Source: Abditibacteriaceae bacterium (GTDB lineage: Bacteria; Armatimonadota; Abditibacteriia; Abditibacteriales; Abditibacteriaceae). Taken from it: a stretch of 64,000 bases of DNA. Under the pieces are notes generated by a model, which did not search any database, was not told the DNA's origin, and saw only the letters and a list, made by a program, of their open reading frames with translations. Position numbers and translations under genes: made by a program. The stretch is from assembly GCA_965277285.1 (NCBI GenBank), contig OZ255721.1, positions 2,592,001-2,656,000 on the forward strand, given 5' to 3'. Shown here piece after piece: positions 48,560-58,357 of this stretch; positions within the stretch are counted from its first letter, which is position 1; every line of letters starts with the position of its first letter.

Positions 48560-51322
48560 TCAGCGCCGCCCATGCAGCCTGCAATAGCGTTTGGGCACAT
48601 CGGCAGGCGCGAAAAAGCGCTCCACCGTGACGGGACAATTGGGCGTGGCAAGGTCGCCCGAATCGGCGCAAACGCGCACCAGAACTTCGTTACCGCTGTC
48701 GCTTTCATCGGCAGATGCAACATCGGGCGACGGGTTCGCAGCGCGATTCGAGTACTCGTTATTGGCGTTGGCAGATACGCGAAGCGCCGTGGCGCGGCGC
48801 TGACCATTGAAAGATGTGTTCTGATTGCGCGCCGTCGTGCCATCAGAACTACCGGCATTGTTAGTTGTGCTGCCGTCGGAGTTAATCGTTCCATCAGAAG
48901 GCGGTGCGTAGTTGTCGGTTTGCGTGTCGCTGCCACCGGCGTTGCTGTCGTTGTTATCGCCGCCGGTACCATCAGGGTTGGTTTGCCGAGCCTGCGCATT
49001 GGAGCGCGCCGTCGCATCTGTTTCGCTGGAAGTATCGCCAGTGTTGTCTTTGTTGTAGCCCAGGTCGCCAGGTTGAGGCGCACCCGCATTACCCTGCATT
49101 TGCTGCGTGCGCTGAACGTGTTCGGGAATGTCGCAGACCTGAGTTGGAATGTCACTCGCCGTCGAAAACTGTTCGGTGTGCGTATGTGGGCAACCTTTGA
49201 GGGCAAGCATGCCGCTTTCGTCGCAAATACGGCGCGTTACAAACTTCTTGGTTTGCTCGGCGCTTTTGCGCGCCAGACTGGTCGCACGCGCATCTTCGAT
49301 CATCGACGCGACGATGTTGCGACGATGCCAGACGTCGAGCGCTGGCACCATGAAAGAACGCCACAACGGTGCGCTCCATTTGCCGCCGGACGAGCCATAC
49401 AATTCGCTGGGACGGTCGTAGCCGATCCACACGCCGCACGCCAGTTGACGCGTGGCGCCCATGAACCATACGTCTTTATTGTCGCTGGTGGTGCCGGTTT
49501 TACCGATCACATCGGCGCCTTCGATTTGCGCGGCCGTTCCAGTTCCGTTCGTTACGACATAGCGCAGCATTTGCCACATTTTGTCGCCCGCTTCCTGGCT
49601 CAAAACGCGCGCGCCGCGTACCGGTTTTTCTGTTTCGATGAGCGTTTCTCCGTCCGGTCCGTCAACGTGATCAATCGGCGTTTCTTCGGCGCGCAGGCCG
49701 CGCGTGGCGAACACACCAAAGGCGGAAGTGTTTTCCAGCAAGGAAATATCGCTGGTTCCCAACGCCAAACTCGGATAAGGAACCAGCGCCGATTCGATGC
49801 CCATCAGGTGCGCTTTTTCGATGACGTTAGGTATGCCGACTTTGAGCAGAACGCGCGTTGCGGCCACGTTATCGGAAATGCCAACGGCTTTGTAAAACGG
49901 AATGGGGCCACGATGCTGAAAATCGTAGTTCTTGACTTCGTGACCGCCGGATTTCACTTCTTCCACGCCGCGAACATGAAGCGGCGAATCGATGACAATC
50001 GAGTTCGGTGTATAGCCTTGTTCCATCGCGGTCGCGTAAACATAAGGTTTGAAGGTTGAACCACTTTGTCGCTTGGCCTGCACCGCGCGATTGTATTGCC
50101 CGTTCAAGGCCGTATCATAATAATCGCGTCCGCCAACCATAGCGAGTACGCCACCTGTCCATGGATCGATGCAAACCAATGCCGCCTGCAACTTGCGCCC
50201 GCCGCCCAAATCATCCAAACGACGGCGCACCGATTCTTCCGCCGCTTTTTCCATTTGCGGATCGAGCGTCGTGTAAATATTGAGCGCCGCGTTATCCAGA
50301 TATTCATCGGAATAATTGTATTTCTTTTGCAGAAATTGCCGGACGTAGGACACGAAGTAAGGCGCAATCCAGTGCTCTTTGGTGCGACGCGTGGCTAGAA
50401 AACGTTCGTGCGAACGCGCGATTTCGCTTTCAATCGAGGTATCGTTTTTCGCCTGAAGGTATTGCGTGTAATTGATTTTTTGGTTCTGCAACATTTCGTG
50501 CAGCACCAAACCCTGGCGCTTTTTGGCACGGTCGAAGTGCTCGAACGGGTTGAGAAAAGTGGGAGATTGTGGCAATCCAGCCATCAGCGCAGCTTCGGCG
50601 ATGCTGAGGTCAGCAGCAGATTTGTTGAAATACGTGTAAGCGGCGGCTTCGCAACCATTGGCGCGATTGCCGTAATAAATCTCGTTGAGATACATTTCCA
50701 AAATCTCGTCTTTGGAAAAGCGGCGCTCCAGTTGTAGGGCGAGCAGGGCGGTTTGCAAGCGGCGCGAAAACTTCTTGTTGCGCTTGAGGTAAATGTTGAC
50801 GGCGAGCTGTTCGGTAATCGTCGAGCCGCCTTGAACGGCAGCGCCAGCGCGGAAGTTGGCCAATGCCGCGCCCGCGATACGCTTGATGTCCATGCCAGGA
50901 TGCGAATAAAAACGCGCGTCTTCAATCGATAACGTGGCGTCGATCAAGCGCCCCGCGACCTGGACATCTTTGCCGCCGATTTTGCGCGTGATTTTCAGGT
51001 TTTCAATTGGCATCCAGCGGCGCGCTTCGCCTTTGAATTCGGCTAAAAGAATGCGCTTCCCCGTGTTCACGTCGGGCGCCGACCAGATTTTGGTCGAGCC
51101 GGTTTTGGCGCGCTGACTCATCAAGTTGATGTCGGGCACAGTCGCCGAAAGCTGATCGTAAATGCCTTTGCCGATGGCGAGCGTGACCACAATCGCGCAA
51201 AACACGACGAGTTGCAGCGCGATAAAAACCATCTTCAGATACCACCAGAATGAGTGAGGGTATCGCTTTTTCGGGACGGACGAACGCACGGAAGGTTGAA
51301 CAGAGGACGCGGTGTTTGCCAT
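48560..51322 (-). CDS. Class A penicillin-binding protein (PBP1A family) with disordered, Cys-motif C-terminus
   Basis: EDARFYSHPG, QGGSTITEQL, YLNEIYYG, SxxK (STFK), SDN and KTGT motifs. Confidence 0.92.
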   Translation of the reverse strand: MANTASSVQPSVRSSVPKKRYPHSFWWYLKMVFIALQLVVFCAIVVTLAIGKGIYDQLSATVPDINLMSQRAKTGSTKIWSAPDVNTGKRILLAEFKGEARRWMPIENLKITRKIGGKDVQVAGRLIDATLSIEDARFYSHPGMDIKRIAGAALANFRAGAAVQGGSTITEQLAVNIYLKRNKKFSRRLQTALLALQLERRFSKDEILEMYLNEIYYGNRANGCEAAAYTYFNKSAADLSIAEAALMAGLPQSPTFLNPFEHFDRAKKRQGLVLHEMLQNQKINYTQYLQAKNDTSIESEIARSHERFLATRRTKEHWIAPYFVSYVRQFLQKKYNYSDEYLDNAALNIYTTLDPQMEKAAEESVRRRLDDLGGGRKLQAALVCIDPWTGGVLAMVGGRDYYDTALNGQYNRAVQAKRQSGSTFKPYVYATAMEQGYTPNSIVIDSPLHVRGVEEVKSGGHEVKNYDFQHRGPIPFYKAVGISDNVAATRVLLKVGIPNVIEKAHLMGIESALVPYPSLALGTSDISLLENTSAFGVFATRGLRAEETPIDHVDGPDGETLIETEKPVRGARVLSQEAGDKMWQMLRYVVTNGTGTAAQIEGADVIGKTGTTSDNKDVWFMGATRQLACGVWIGYDRPSELYGSSGGKWSAPLWRSFMVPALDVWHRRNIVASMIEDARATSLARKSAEQTKKFVTRRICDESGMLALKGCPHTHTEQFSTASDIPTQVCDIPEHVQRTQQMQGNAGAPQPGDLGYNKDNTGDTSSETDATARSNAQARQTNPDGTGGDNNDSNAGGSDTQTDNYAPPSDGTINSDGSTTNNAGSSDGTTARNQNTSFNGQRRATALRVSANANNEYSNRAANPSPDVASADESDSGNEVLVRVCADSGDLATPNCPVTVERFFAPADVPKRYCRLHGRR

Positions 51323-51424
51323 AGAAATCTCCGCGCTTAATTATACGAAAGCCCGCGCTCCTCCAAGTTGAAAGCAGCTTGAATCGAGTACTCGAACGCT
51401 TGGAAATTCGGTGGAAAATAAACG

Positions 51425-51946
51425 CTATCGGAACTTGCGACGGCTGGCTTTCCGCAGCTTGCGCCACGCTTCCTGTCGCTCGTGCAAACCTCTGTCATAC
51501 CATCCCCAACGCGTATTTTCGCCGTTGGGAACGCTTTCGCAGTAAGCCAGTAGCAACGCCGCCCGCCGCCACGTCATGGCATCTCCGTGTCCTTCAAGTT
51601 GCACCAACTTCTTGCGCAACGGTTCTTCGCAACCGATGAAGCTGATGAAGCGACACATCGGGAAAAACTCGCGCGTCAAGCGTCTTTGAACATAAAGCAG
51701 CGCGACTTTGCGCAAGCGCGCTTTGTGCGTCTCGGTTAAAGTGACATGGCGCAGACGACGCCACAGTTTCTCTTTGACGTAGCCTGTGCCATAAATGTAC
51801 TCATCGCGTTCAAGAAATTGAATGCTGCGCTCAACAGCCGTTGCATCGCTGCTTTTCAGATGCGCCACCATAGCGTCAGCTTCCGCAAATGCCTCGCGTC
51901 CCAATCCCGAATCGTAATTCGCCGGTTTTTCCAGAGAAGATGACAT
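51425..51946 (-). CDS. Hypothetical protein
   Basis: ORF fills the gap between proS and the PBP gene; helical composition. Confidence 0.55.
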   Translation of the reverse strand: MSSSLEKPANYDSGLGREAFAEADAMVAHLKSSDATAVERSIQFLERDEYIYGTGYVKEKLWRRLRHVTLTETHKARLRKVALLYVQRRLTREFFPMCRFISFIGCEEPLRKKLVQLEGHGDAMTWRRAALLLAYCESVPNGENTRWGWYDRGLHERQEAWRKLRKASRRKFR

Positions 51947-51965
51947 TCCAGTACTCGAAATGTGA

Positions 51966-51995
51966 CGTAGGGACGCATTGCAATGCGCCCCTACG
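51966..51995. repeat. GTAG-type REP, family C
   Basis: cgtagggacgcattgcaatgcgcccctacg. Confidence 0.7.
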
Positions 51996-52016
51996 AAATA
52001 CGCACCCGCCACTTTC

Positions 52017-53696
52017 TTATTTCAACAACGCCACAATATCGTTCGACGCGACATTTTGAACTGAACCATCGGCGCGGTTTTTCACTTCGAGTTGGCCACT
52101 TTCGCGCGTCTTTTTGCCGATGACGATTTGTGTCGGGATGCCGAACAAATCGGCGTCGGCGAACTTGGAGCCGGGACGTTCATTGCGGTCATCGAACAAA
52201 ACATCCACTTTGGCGGCGCGCAGATCTGCGTACAACTTTTCGGCGAGAGCCACCAGTTCTTCGTCTTTGTCCAGCAGCAGCAAATGCGCTTGGAAGGGCG
52301 CGACGCTTTTGAGCCAAATGACGCCGCGCTCATCAGCGCGCGCTTCGGCAATCGCGGCCATAATGCGCGAAACGCCGATGCCGTAACAGCCCATTTCGAT
52401 GATTTGCTCTTTGCCGTTGGCGTCCAAAAACTTGGCGTTCATCGCTTTGGTGTATTTGTTGCCCAGCTTGAAAACGTGCCCCAATTCGATACAACGACTG
52501 ATTTTCAACGCTCCGCCACCGCGCGGCGACATTTCACCCGCTTGCGCCACGCGAACATCCGCCCAAGTTGAAACCACAATATCACGCTCGATATTTACTC
52601 CGCGCAAGTGGAAACCGTCTTTGTTGGCGCCCGTTGTCATGCGAGTTCTTCCGCGCAAAGTTTCATCGGCGATAATTGTCGCATCGAGTACTCGAACCGC
52701 GCCCAAACTGCCCGGACGCGCGCCCAAAAGCGGCACGATTTCTTCTTCGCGCGCCGCACGGATTTCACTGGCGCCCAGCACGTTCGCCAGTTTCGCTTCG
52801 TTCAATTGATGATCGCCGCGCAGCAGCACCAAAACCGGCTTGTCGTCGGCGATGTAAACCAACGTTTTGATTTGATGTTGAGCGGGCGCGCCGCCTTCAA
52901 ATTTCGCCAGTTGCTCAATCGTCACGATATTTGGCGTGGCAAACTCTTCGAGTTCATCGGCAATGTCGTCTCTATCGAGTACTCGATTGAGAATTGAAGT
53001 CGCCATTTCGACGTTCGCGGCATAACCGTCTTCGTCGCAGAAAAGCATTTCGTCTTCGCCGCTTTCGGCTGCGACCATAAATTCCTGCGTATCGAAGCCG
53101 CCGATGCCGCCGCCGCTGGCCTGCACGATTTTGGTTTCCAGTCCGCAACGCGCGAAGATTTTCTTATAGGCTTCCACCATCAAGTCGAAACTTTTGTCCA
53201 AACCTTCCAGGTTGGAATCGAAAGAATACGCATCTTTCATGATGAATTCGCGGCCACGCAAAAGTCCGGCGCGCGGGCGTTCTTCATCGCGGAACTTCGA
53301 TTGAATTTGATACAGCGTCACTGGCATCTGCTTGTAGCTGGAAACGCTGCCGCGCACGATGTCGGTGACGACTTCCTCGTGCGTCGGGCCGAGCAAGCAT
53401 TCGGTGCCTTTGCGGTCTTGAAGTTTGAACAGAATGTCCAGCTTGTCGCGTCCTGTTTCGGCCCACAATTCGGCAGGATGAAGCGCAGGCATGAGAAGTT
53501 CGAGCGCGCCCGCGTTGTCCATTTCCTCGCGCACGATTTGTTCGACGCGCTTGAGTACGCGCCATCCGAGCGGCAAATAGGAATAGATTCCGGCTGTCAG
53601 TTGGCGCACGAAACCGCCGCGCAAAAGTAGCGCGTGTCCGGCGTTGTCGGCTTTGACCTGGCGCAAAGTGGGCGCAAAAAATTGCGATTGTCGCAT
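52017..53696 (-). CDS. proS: Proline--tRNA ligase with editing domain
   Basis: LGPTHEE, KFRDEERPRAGLLRGREFIMKDAYSF, IELGHVFKLG and MGCYGIGVSR motifs. Confidence 0.96.
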   Translation of the reverse strand: MRQSQFFAPTLRQVKADNAGHALLLRGGFVRQLTAGIYSYLPLGWRVLKRVEQIVREEMDNAGALELLMPALHPAELWAETGRDKLDILFKLQDRKGTECLLGPTHEEVVTDIVRGSVSSYKQMPVTLYQIQSKFRDEERPRAGLLRGREFIMKDAYSFDSNLEGLDKSFDLMVEAYKKIFARCGLETKIVQASGGGIGGFDTQEFMVAAESGEDEMLFCDEDGYAANVEMATSILNRVLDRDDIADELEEFATPNIVTIEQLAKFEGGAPAQHQIKTLVYIADDKPVLVLLRGDHQLNEAKLANVLGASEIRAAREEEIVPLLGARPGSLGAVRVLDATIIADETLRGRTRMTTGANKDGFHLRGVNIERDIVVSTWADVRVAQAGEMSPRGGGALKISRCIELGHVFKLGNKYTKAMNAKFLDANGKEQIIEMGCYGIGVSRIMAAIAEARADERGVIWLKSVAPFQAHLLLLDKDEELVALAEKLYADLRAAKVDVLFDDRNERPGSKFADADLFGIPTQIVIGKKTRESGQLEVKNRADGSVQNVASNDIVALLK

Positions 53697-53797
53697 AAGA
53701 AAAATCCTCGTGAATTAGCAAGAGGATTTTATCAGAGAAGCGAAATCGAGTACTCGATTGGATAAAATAGAAGCGACTTCATCGTTTGGAGAAAACT

Positions 53798-54230
53798 GTG
53801 TTTTTCAAGAAAAAGCCGAAACTCGATTCGTACCTTCAAGAACTGGCGAAGCAGCAAGTGTTTGTCGTGAGCATGAACAAGAACAGCGAGTTCACTCTCA
53901 AGGGCGCCAGCAACGAAGCGCTGCAGGACTATTTAGATCGAAACGCGCGAGACTTCAGATAACGGGACGTTCGAGCTGTTTTTTCTTAAGCAGCAAGGAC
54001 AGCGCATACATTCAGTGTTTACGGATAAAAAACGTGCTGGAATCTGGATCAAGAAAAAACCGTTTCCGTATGAAGGCATTGTCGCGTTCATTCAATTGGG
54101 AATGAACGCGACGGTTCTCTTTCGCAAATTCAAAGGCGCGCCTTCGTCCGCCGTTTTCGTCATCAATCCGCTGAGCGAAGACGAACGCGTTTTAACGCAC
54201 GAAGAATTGCAAGTTCTGGCCGCGTTGTAA
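53798..54230 (+). pseudogene. Frameshifted hypothetical gene, weakly SseB-like
   Basis: GGAG RBS and GTG give MFFKKKPKLDSYLQELAKQQVFVV...NARDFR*. The +1 frame continues SDNGTFELFFL...VFTD...VINPLS...AL*. Confidence 0.45.
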
Positions 54231-54252
54231 TTCGAGTACTCGATGCGGCGCT

Positions 54253-54882
54253 TTACATGGTTTTATCTTCGCTGGCATCTTCATCGGCGATTTTGTGCGC
54301 CAGTTTTTGTTCAGCGGCCAGAGCGCGCAATTGTTCCTGCGAAACGCGGCAATCCATGTGCTGCATCAATTGCAAGAGCAAATCGGTGTTATGTTCCAGG
54401 TGTCGCAAAATGACGAGCACTTCTTTTTCGGCTTTCTGGTTGATTTCAAAATCGAGCTGAGCGCGCGTTTCCGTGTGGCGTCCCTGCAAGTTTTGGCCGA
54501 CCATGATGAGCGGCATCAGCAAAATCTGGATCACGTTGCTAATCAGCAAGTAGGCGACGAAAGCGGGAAACGGATCGAACGATTTCCAGTGCAAACCCTT
54601 GATTTCAGTCGCCGCGATGTTGTAGCCCGTCCAGACGATTGTCCACGCCAGAATAGCGAGGAAAAAGCCGACCGAACCGACGCGATCTGTGACCCACATC
54701 GCAATGCGATCCAGGCGGCTCAAGCCTGCGTCGTGAACCTGATTGGGATTGCGCACGGCTTCAGTGGGACGTTCATATTTGGGCAGGCGAAAACTTTGCC
54801 AATCGGTCGAAGGAACAGGGACCAAAGTCGAGGTGGAAGTCGGAATTGTAGCGGAAAGCGACGTGGATTCGGTTTGCGACAT
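54253..54882 (-). CDS. DUF1003 membrane protein
   Basis: DRIA..VTDRVGS, FDPFP, PLIMVGQN and DFEINQKAE motifs. Confidence 0.85.
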   Translation of the reverse strand: MSQTESTSLSATIPTSTSTLVPVPSTDWQSFRLPKYERPTEAVRNPNQVHDAGLSRLDRIAMWVTDRVGSVGFFLAILAWTIVWTGYNIAATEIKGLHWKSFDPFPAFVAYLLISNVIQILLMPLIMVGQNLQGRHTETRAQLDFEINQKAEKEVLVILRHLEHNTDLLLQLMQHMDCRVSQEQLRALAAEQKLAHKIADEDASEDKTM

Positions 54883-55007
54883 GGTTTTGTCCTTGAGAAT
54901 TTTCTTAACGACAGTTTTCTTGGTCTGGCATTTTTAACTGATATAATGGGAAAGCGTCACGCGAAACCACTTTTTAATGCCGCTCCTCAATTCCGTTTTA
55001 GCGATCT

Positions 55008-55898
55008 ATGATTACTTATTTTCAAGCCATTGTGATTGGCCTTTTGCAGGGCGTTTCCGAACTTTTTCCGATTTCCAGCCTGGGTCATAGCGTTATTCTT
55101 CCCAAACTCGTCGGCTGGAACATACGCCAGCAGGATTCTTCGTTTCTCATTTTTCTGGTGGCGACGCATACCGCGACCGCGCTGGTTTTGCTCGGTTTTT
55201 TCTGGAACGATTGGAAGCGCATCATCAAAGGCATGGGACGTTCTCTGGCGCAACGCGAAATTCGCGCCGATGATCCCGATTCCAAACTGGGTTGGCTGCT
55301 TTTGGTCGGAACAATTCCCGCCGGAGTTCTGGGCTTGTTGTTTCAAGACCAACTACGAAGCATCTTCAATTCGCCGATTTACGCCGCGATCTTCCTAATT
55401 CTGAACGGTTTCATGCTTTATGGCGCGGAACTCTTGCGCCGCAAAGCGCCGATTGTTGCAGATAGCGGCAATGGTCATAATGCTGCGAACGGCGAAGTTT
55501 CTGATGCGCGCATCGCACAGATGAGTTGGGGCAAATCGATTTTGATCGGTTCGGCGCAGGCGATTGCCCTAATTCCAGGATTTTCGCGCTCGGGCGCAGC
55601 GATGAGCGGCGGACTTTTGGCCGGGCTTTCTAATGAAGATGCAGCGCGCTTCGGCTTTTTGCTGGCGACACCGATTATTGGCGCGGCTTCGCTGCTGAAA
55701 TTGCCGGAATTATTCGCGCCCGCCAATCATGGTTTGCTCGGCCCGTGTCTGGTCGGCGCGCTGTGTTCGGCAATTTCGGCGTATCTCGCGGTGCGCTTTC
55801 TAATGCGCTTTTTTGAGACTAATCGCTTGACGCCGTTCGCACTTTACTGCATCGCGGCGGGTGTCGTTTTTACTGGCTTGATCTGGGTGAAACATTGA
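55008..55898 (+). CDS. uppP: Undecaprenyl-diphosphate phosphatase
   Basis: QGVSELFPISSLGH, AQAIALIPGFSRSG and AARFGFLLATP motifs. Confidence 0.93.
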   Translation: MITYFQAIVIGLLQGVSELFPISSLGHSVILPKLVGWNIRQQDSSFLIFLVATHTATALVLLGFFWNDWKRIIKGMGRSLAQREIRADDPDSKLGWLLLVGTIPAGVLGLLFQDQLRSIFNSPIYAAIFLILNGFMLYGAELLRRKAPIVADSGNGHNAANGEVSDARIAQMSWGKSILIGSAQAIALIPGFSRSGAAMSGGLLAGLSNEDAARFGFLLATPIIGAASLLKLPELFAPANHGLLGPCLVGALCSAISAYLAVRFLMRFFETNRLTPFALYCIAAGVVFTGLIWVKH

Positions 55899-55995
55899 TT
55901 TTCAAGGCAAGCTGTCGCTGAATGATGTGTCATTTCGAGCTTGCTCAAAGGGCGCAATGACACGTTTTCTTACTTGCGAACGTAGCAAAACACAG

Positions 55996-56027
55996 AAAAG
56001 CGATTTCGAGTACTCGAAATCGCTTTT
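55996..56027. terminator. 32-bp perfect palindrome centred on TCGAGTACTCGA, likely bidirectional terminator
   Basis: aaaagcgatttcgagtactcgaaatcgctttt between convergent genes, with T-tracts on both strands. Confidence 0.7.
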
Positions 56028-56046
56028 GCGTTGCTGTTGAACAGTA

Positions 56047-56277
56047 TTAAACCGTGCGTTTTGGGCCAGACTGGAACCAGGCGAAAACGAAGCTGCCCAG
56101 CGCCAGAACGAAAGCGGCGAGCGCGTGTTTGGTGTGCGGATGCGTATCGCCGGCTTTGTATCCGGGCAAAAACGCAGGCAAGGCTTGCGCGGCGTGCGTC
56201 GCATACAAATAGGCGACGACAAGGAATAAAATCCCGACGACGATAGCGACCGGAACCAGAGGTTTGGCAGAGTTCAT
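56047..56277 (-). CDS. Small two-TM membrane protein
   Basis: Two hydrophobic segments around LPAFLPG...HTKH. Confidence 0.7.
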   Translation of the reverse strand: MNSAKPLVPVAIVVGILFLVVAYLYATHAAQALPAFLPGYKAGDTHPHTKHALAAFVLALGSFVFAWFQSGPKRTV

Positions 56278-56526
56278 TGGTGTTTTTCTCTCGAAGAATG
56301 TGCGTTTGAGGCTTTCGCGTAGGCTTTCTCAAACGCCGCAAGTAGCATAGCAGGGAAGATGCACTCGCCGCCACTCTTCGATAGCTTCGCCACACTTTCG
56401 AGTACTCGATCTGCTTTTGCAGCAACTCAAACGCAAAATGCCGAAGCGCAAAACATCGCGCTTCAGCATTTCTTCGTTCTCGAGGTTTATTTTCAAGGTT
56501 CGTTCTCACGGCCAGACTACTTTCCG

Positions 56527-57195
56527 TTACGCGCCGGGTGGAGGGCTGTCGGGACTTCCGCCAGGGCCACCTTGTCCGCCGCCCCAACCACCTTGTCCGC
56601 CGCCTGGCCAACCGCCGCGTCCACCACGACCGCCCCAACCACCGCGTCCGCCTGGCCCGCCTTGTCCGCCGCCCGGATTTGCGTAAGCAGCGGCATCGCC
56701 GACCAAGCCCATGCTCGTCAGCAGAGCATTCAAGCGCACTTTGCTGGTGTAGGAAATCTTGGCGTTGAGCGCGCTTTGCGCGGCAGCCGATCGCGTTTTT
56801 TCCGCAGCCAGGGCAGTTTGCAGAGCCGCCAGTTGCGTGCTCACAGCGGTATCGGTTGTGGTCGGCTCAAGTACCGTGTCGCGCAGCTTGCGGGTCAGGT
56901 CGCGCAAATTCTGGCGCGCCATTTCCTGCGTGGCCGCGTAAGCAACGACGGCATCTTGCAGCGTCGTATCGGTGTAACCGGCTTTGGTCAGCGTGTCGCG
57001 CAGCATTTTCGCGCGTCGCGCTTGCATATCGGCGGCAGTGGGCGGCGCTGGGCGTTGTCCCTGCGATCCACCTTGCGGCGGGCCGCTGCCATCATCGGGC
57101 GGTTGAGCTTGCGAGCGCACGGCGCCCGCCGCGACAACGATTCCCAATGCGGCGGGAATGGCCAATTTCTTCCATTTAGTTTGCATGCTTGACAT
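56527..57195 (-). CDS. Secreted helical protein, Spy/CpxP-like, with Gly-rich tail
   Basis: Signal peptide, amphipathic helices, divergent from the cpxRA-like pair. Confidence 0.6.
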   Translation of the reverse strand: MSSMQTKWKKLAIPAALGIVVAAGAVRSQAQPPDDGSGPPQGGSQGQRPAPPTAADMQARRAKMLRDTLTKAGYTDTTLQDAVVAYAATQEMARQNLRDLTRKLRDTVLEPTTTDTAVSTQLAALQTALAAEKTRSAAAQSALNAKISYTSKVRLNALLTSMGLVGDAAAYANPGGGQGGPGGRGGWGGRGGRGGWPGGGQGGWGGGQGGPGGSPDSPPPGA

Positions 57196-57353
57196 ATTTT
57201 TCTCCAGAACGCGTCCGGCAAAACCATTCTTGCGGTCACGTTCCACACGTTGGTGATGGCGTTTATTTTGTCACAAATTGCTTGCCAAAAAGTCAAGACT
57301 GCGTAAGTCTTTTGTAAAGAAACGCAAAACCGCCATTCTGTGCCCTGCTTTTT

Positions 57354-57368
57354 CTTACATTTCTTTAC
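57354..57368 (-). promoter_or_regulatory. CpxR-box-like direct repeat GTAAA-N5-GTAAG
   Basis: cttacatttctttac on the plus strand; further gtcaa/gtaag/gtaaa units at 11-bp spacing near 57292-57318. Confidence 0.5.
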
Positions 57369-57437
57369 GCCGCCTTATCAGACAAAAACGGCGCATCGCG
57401 TCTAAACTACACAATTGAATGCAGTGCGAGGAACCTT

Positions 57438-58211
57438 ATGAAACGCATTTTGATGGTGGACGACGATGTGGAATTGTGCGAGTTGGTGGGTGAATATCTG
57501 CGGCGCGAAGGTTTGGAAACCGACATCGTTCACGATGGCGAAGCTGGTGTCGCGCGCGCGCAAAGTGGCCAGTATAGCGTCGTGGTTTTGGACGTGATGC
57601 TGCCCGGCATCGGCGGTTTTGAAGTGCTGCGCCGCTTACGTGCCGGTTCGTGCGCGCAAATTCCCGTCGTGATGTTGACGGCACGCGGCGACGAAGTGGA
57701 TCGAGTACTCGGTTTGGAATTGGGCGCCGACGATTATCTGCCGAAACCGTTTTCCTCGCGCGAACTGGTCGCCCGCATCCGCGCCATTTTACGACGCGCC
57801 AATACAACCGCCAATGCGTCTGCCAATGCCGCGACGAAAGTTGAAAATGGAGCGTTTGGCGAACGTTTCGCGGGTGATAAAGTTGTGGTGGGCGATGTCG
57901 AACTGGATGTGGGAGCGCGCACGATTCGCCGCGCGGCAACACTTGTCGAAGCGACGGCGATGGAGTTCAAGATGCTGGAATTGCTGATGCGCGCGGCGGG
58001 CGAAGTCGTCACGCGCGAAGAAATTTCGCTGCGCGTCCTCGAACGCCCTTTGCTGTCTTACGACCGCAGCATCGACATTCACGTCAGCAACCTGCGCCGC
58101 AAATTGGACAGCGCATCGAGTACTCGAAACGACGAACTCATCAAAACCGTGCGCGGCTTCGGCTACGTTTTCGTCAAAGGTGCGTCAGTCAAAAGTGCAT
58201 CGAATGAGTAA
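57438..58211 (+). CDS. OmpR-family response regulator, CpxR-like
   Basis: VDDDVELCEL, DRVLGLELGADDYLPKPF, YDRSIDIHVSNLRRKL and IKTVRG motifs. Confidence 0.9.
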   Translation: MKRILMVDDDVELCELVGEYLRREGLETDIVHDGEAGVARAQSGQYSVVVLDVMLPGIGGFEVLRRLRAGSCAQIPVVMLTARGDEVDRVLGLELGADDYLPKPFSSRELVARIRAILRRANTTANASANAATKVENGAFGERFAGDKVVVGDVELDVGARTIRRAATLVEATAMEFKMLELLMRAAGEVVTREEISLRVLERPLLSYDRSIDIHVSNLRRKLDSASSTRNDELIKTVRGFGYVFVKGASVKSASNE

Positions 58212-58329
58212 AGTTAAACGAACCCACAGCGTCAGCGACGGGCTGAAATAACACGGGCTGAAGTAACAATGACTTGAGACCTCAGGTTAATCCCATTGTT
58301 GACGCTGTGGGTTCGTTTAACTTTACTCA
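58205..58329. repeat. REP-like hairpin family B inside the two-component operon
   Basis: tgagtaaagttaaacgaacccacagcgtca...tgacgctgtgggttcgtttaactttactca. Confidence 0.75.
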
Positions 58330-58357
58330 CTTCTTTAGATCTCCACGATTTCTTTTT

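Noticed and set aside
48506..50059. Long antisense ORFs (e.g. 48506-50059, 14353-15558, 61951-63057, 18644-19666)
   Set aside because: Shadow frames of well-supported opposite-strand genes in GC-rich DNA, with no recognisable motifs.
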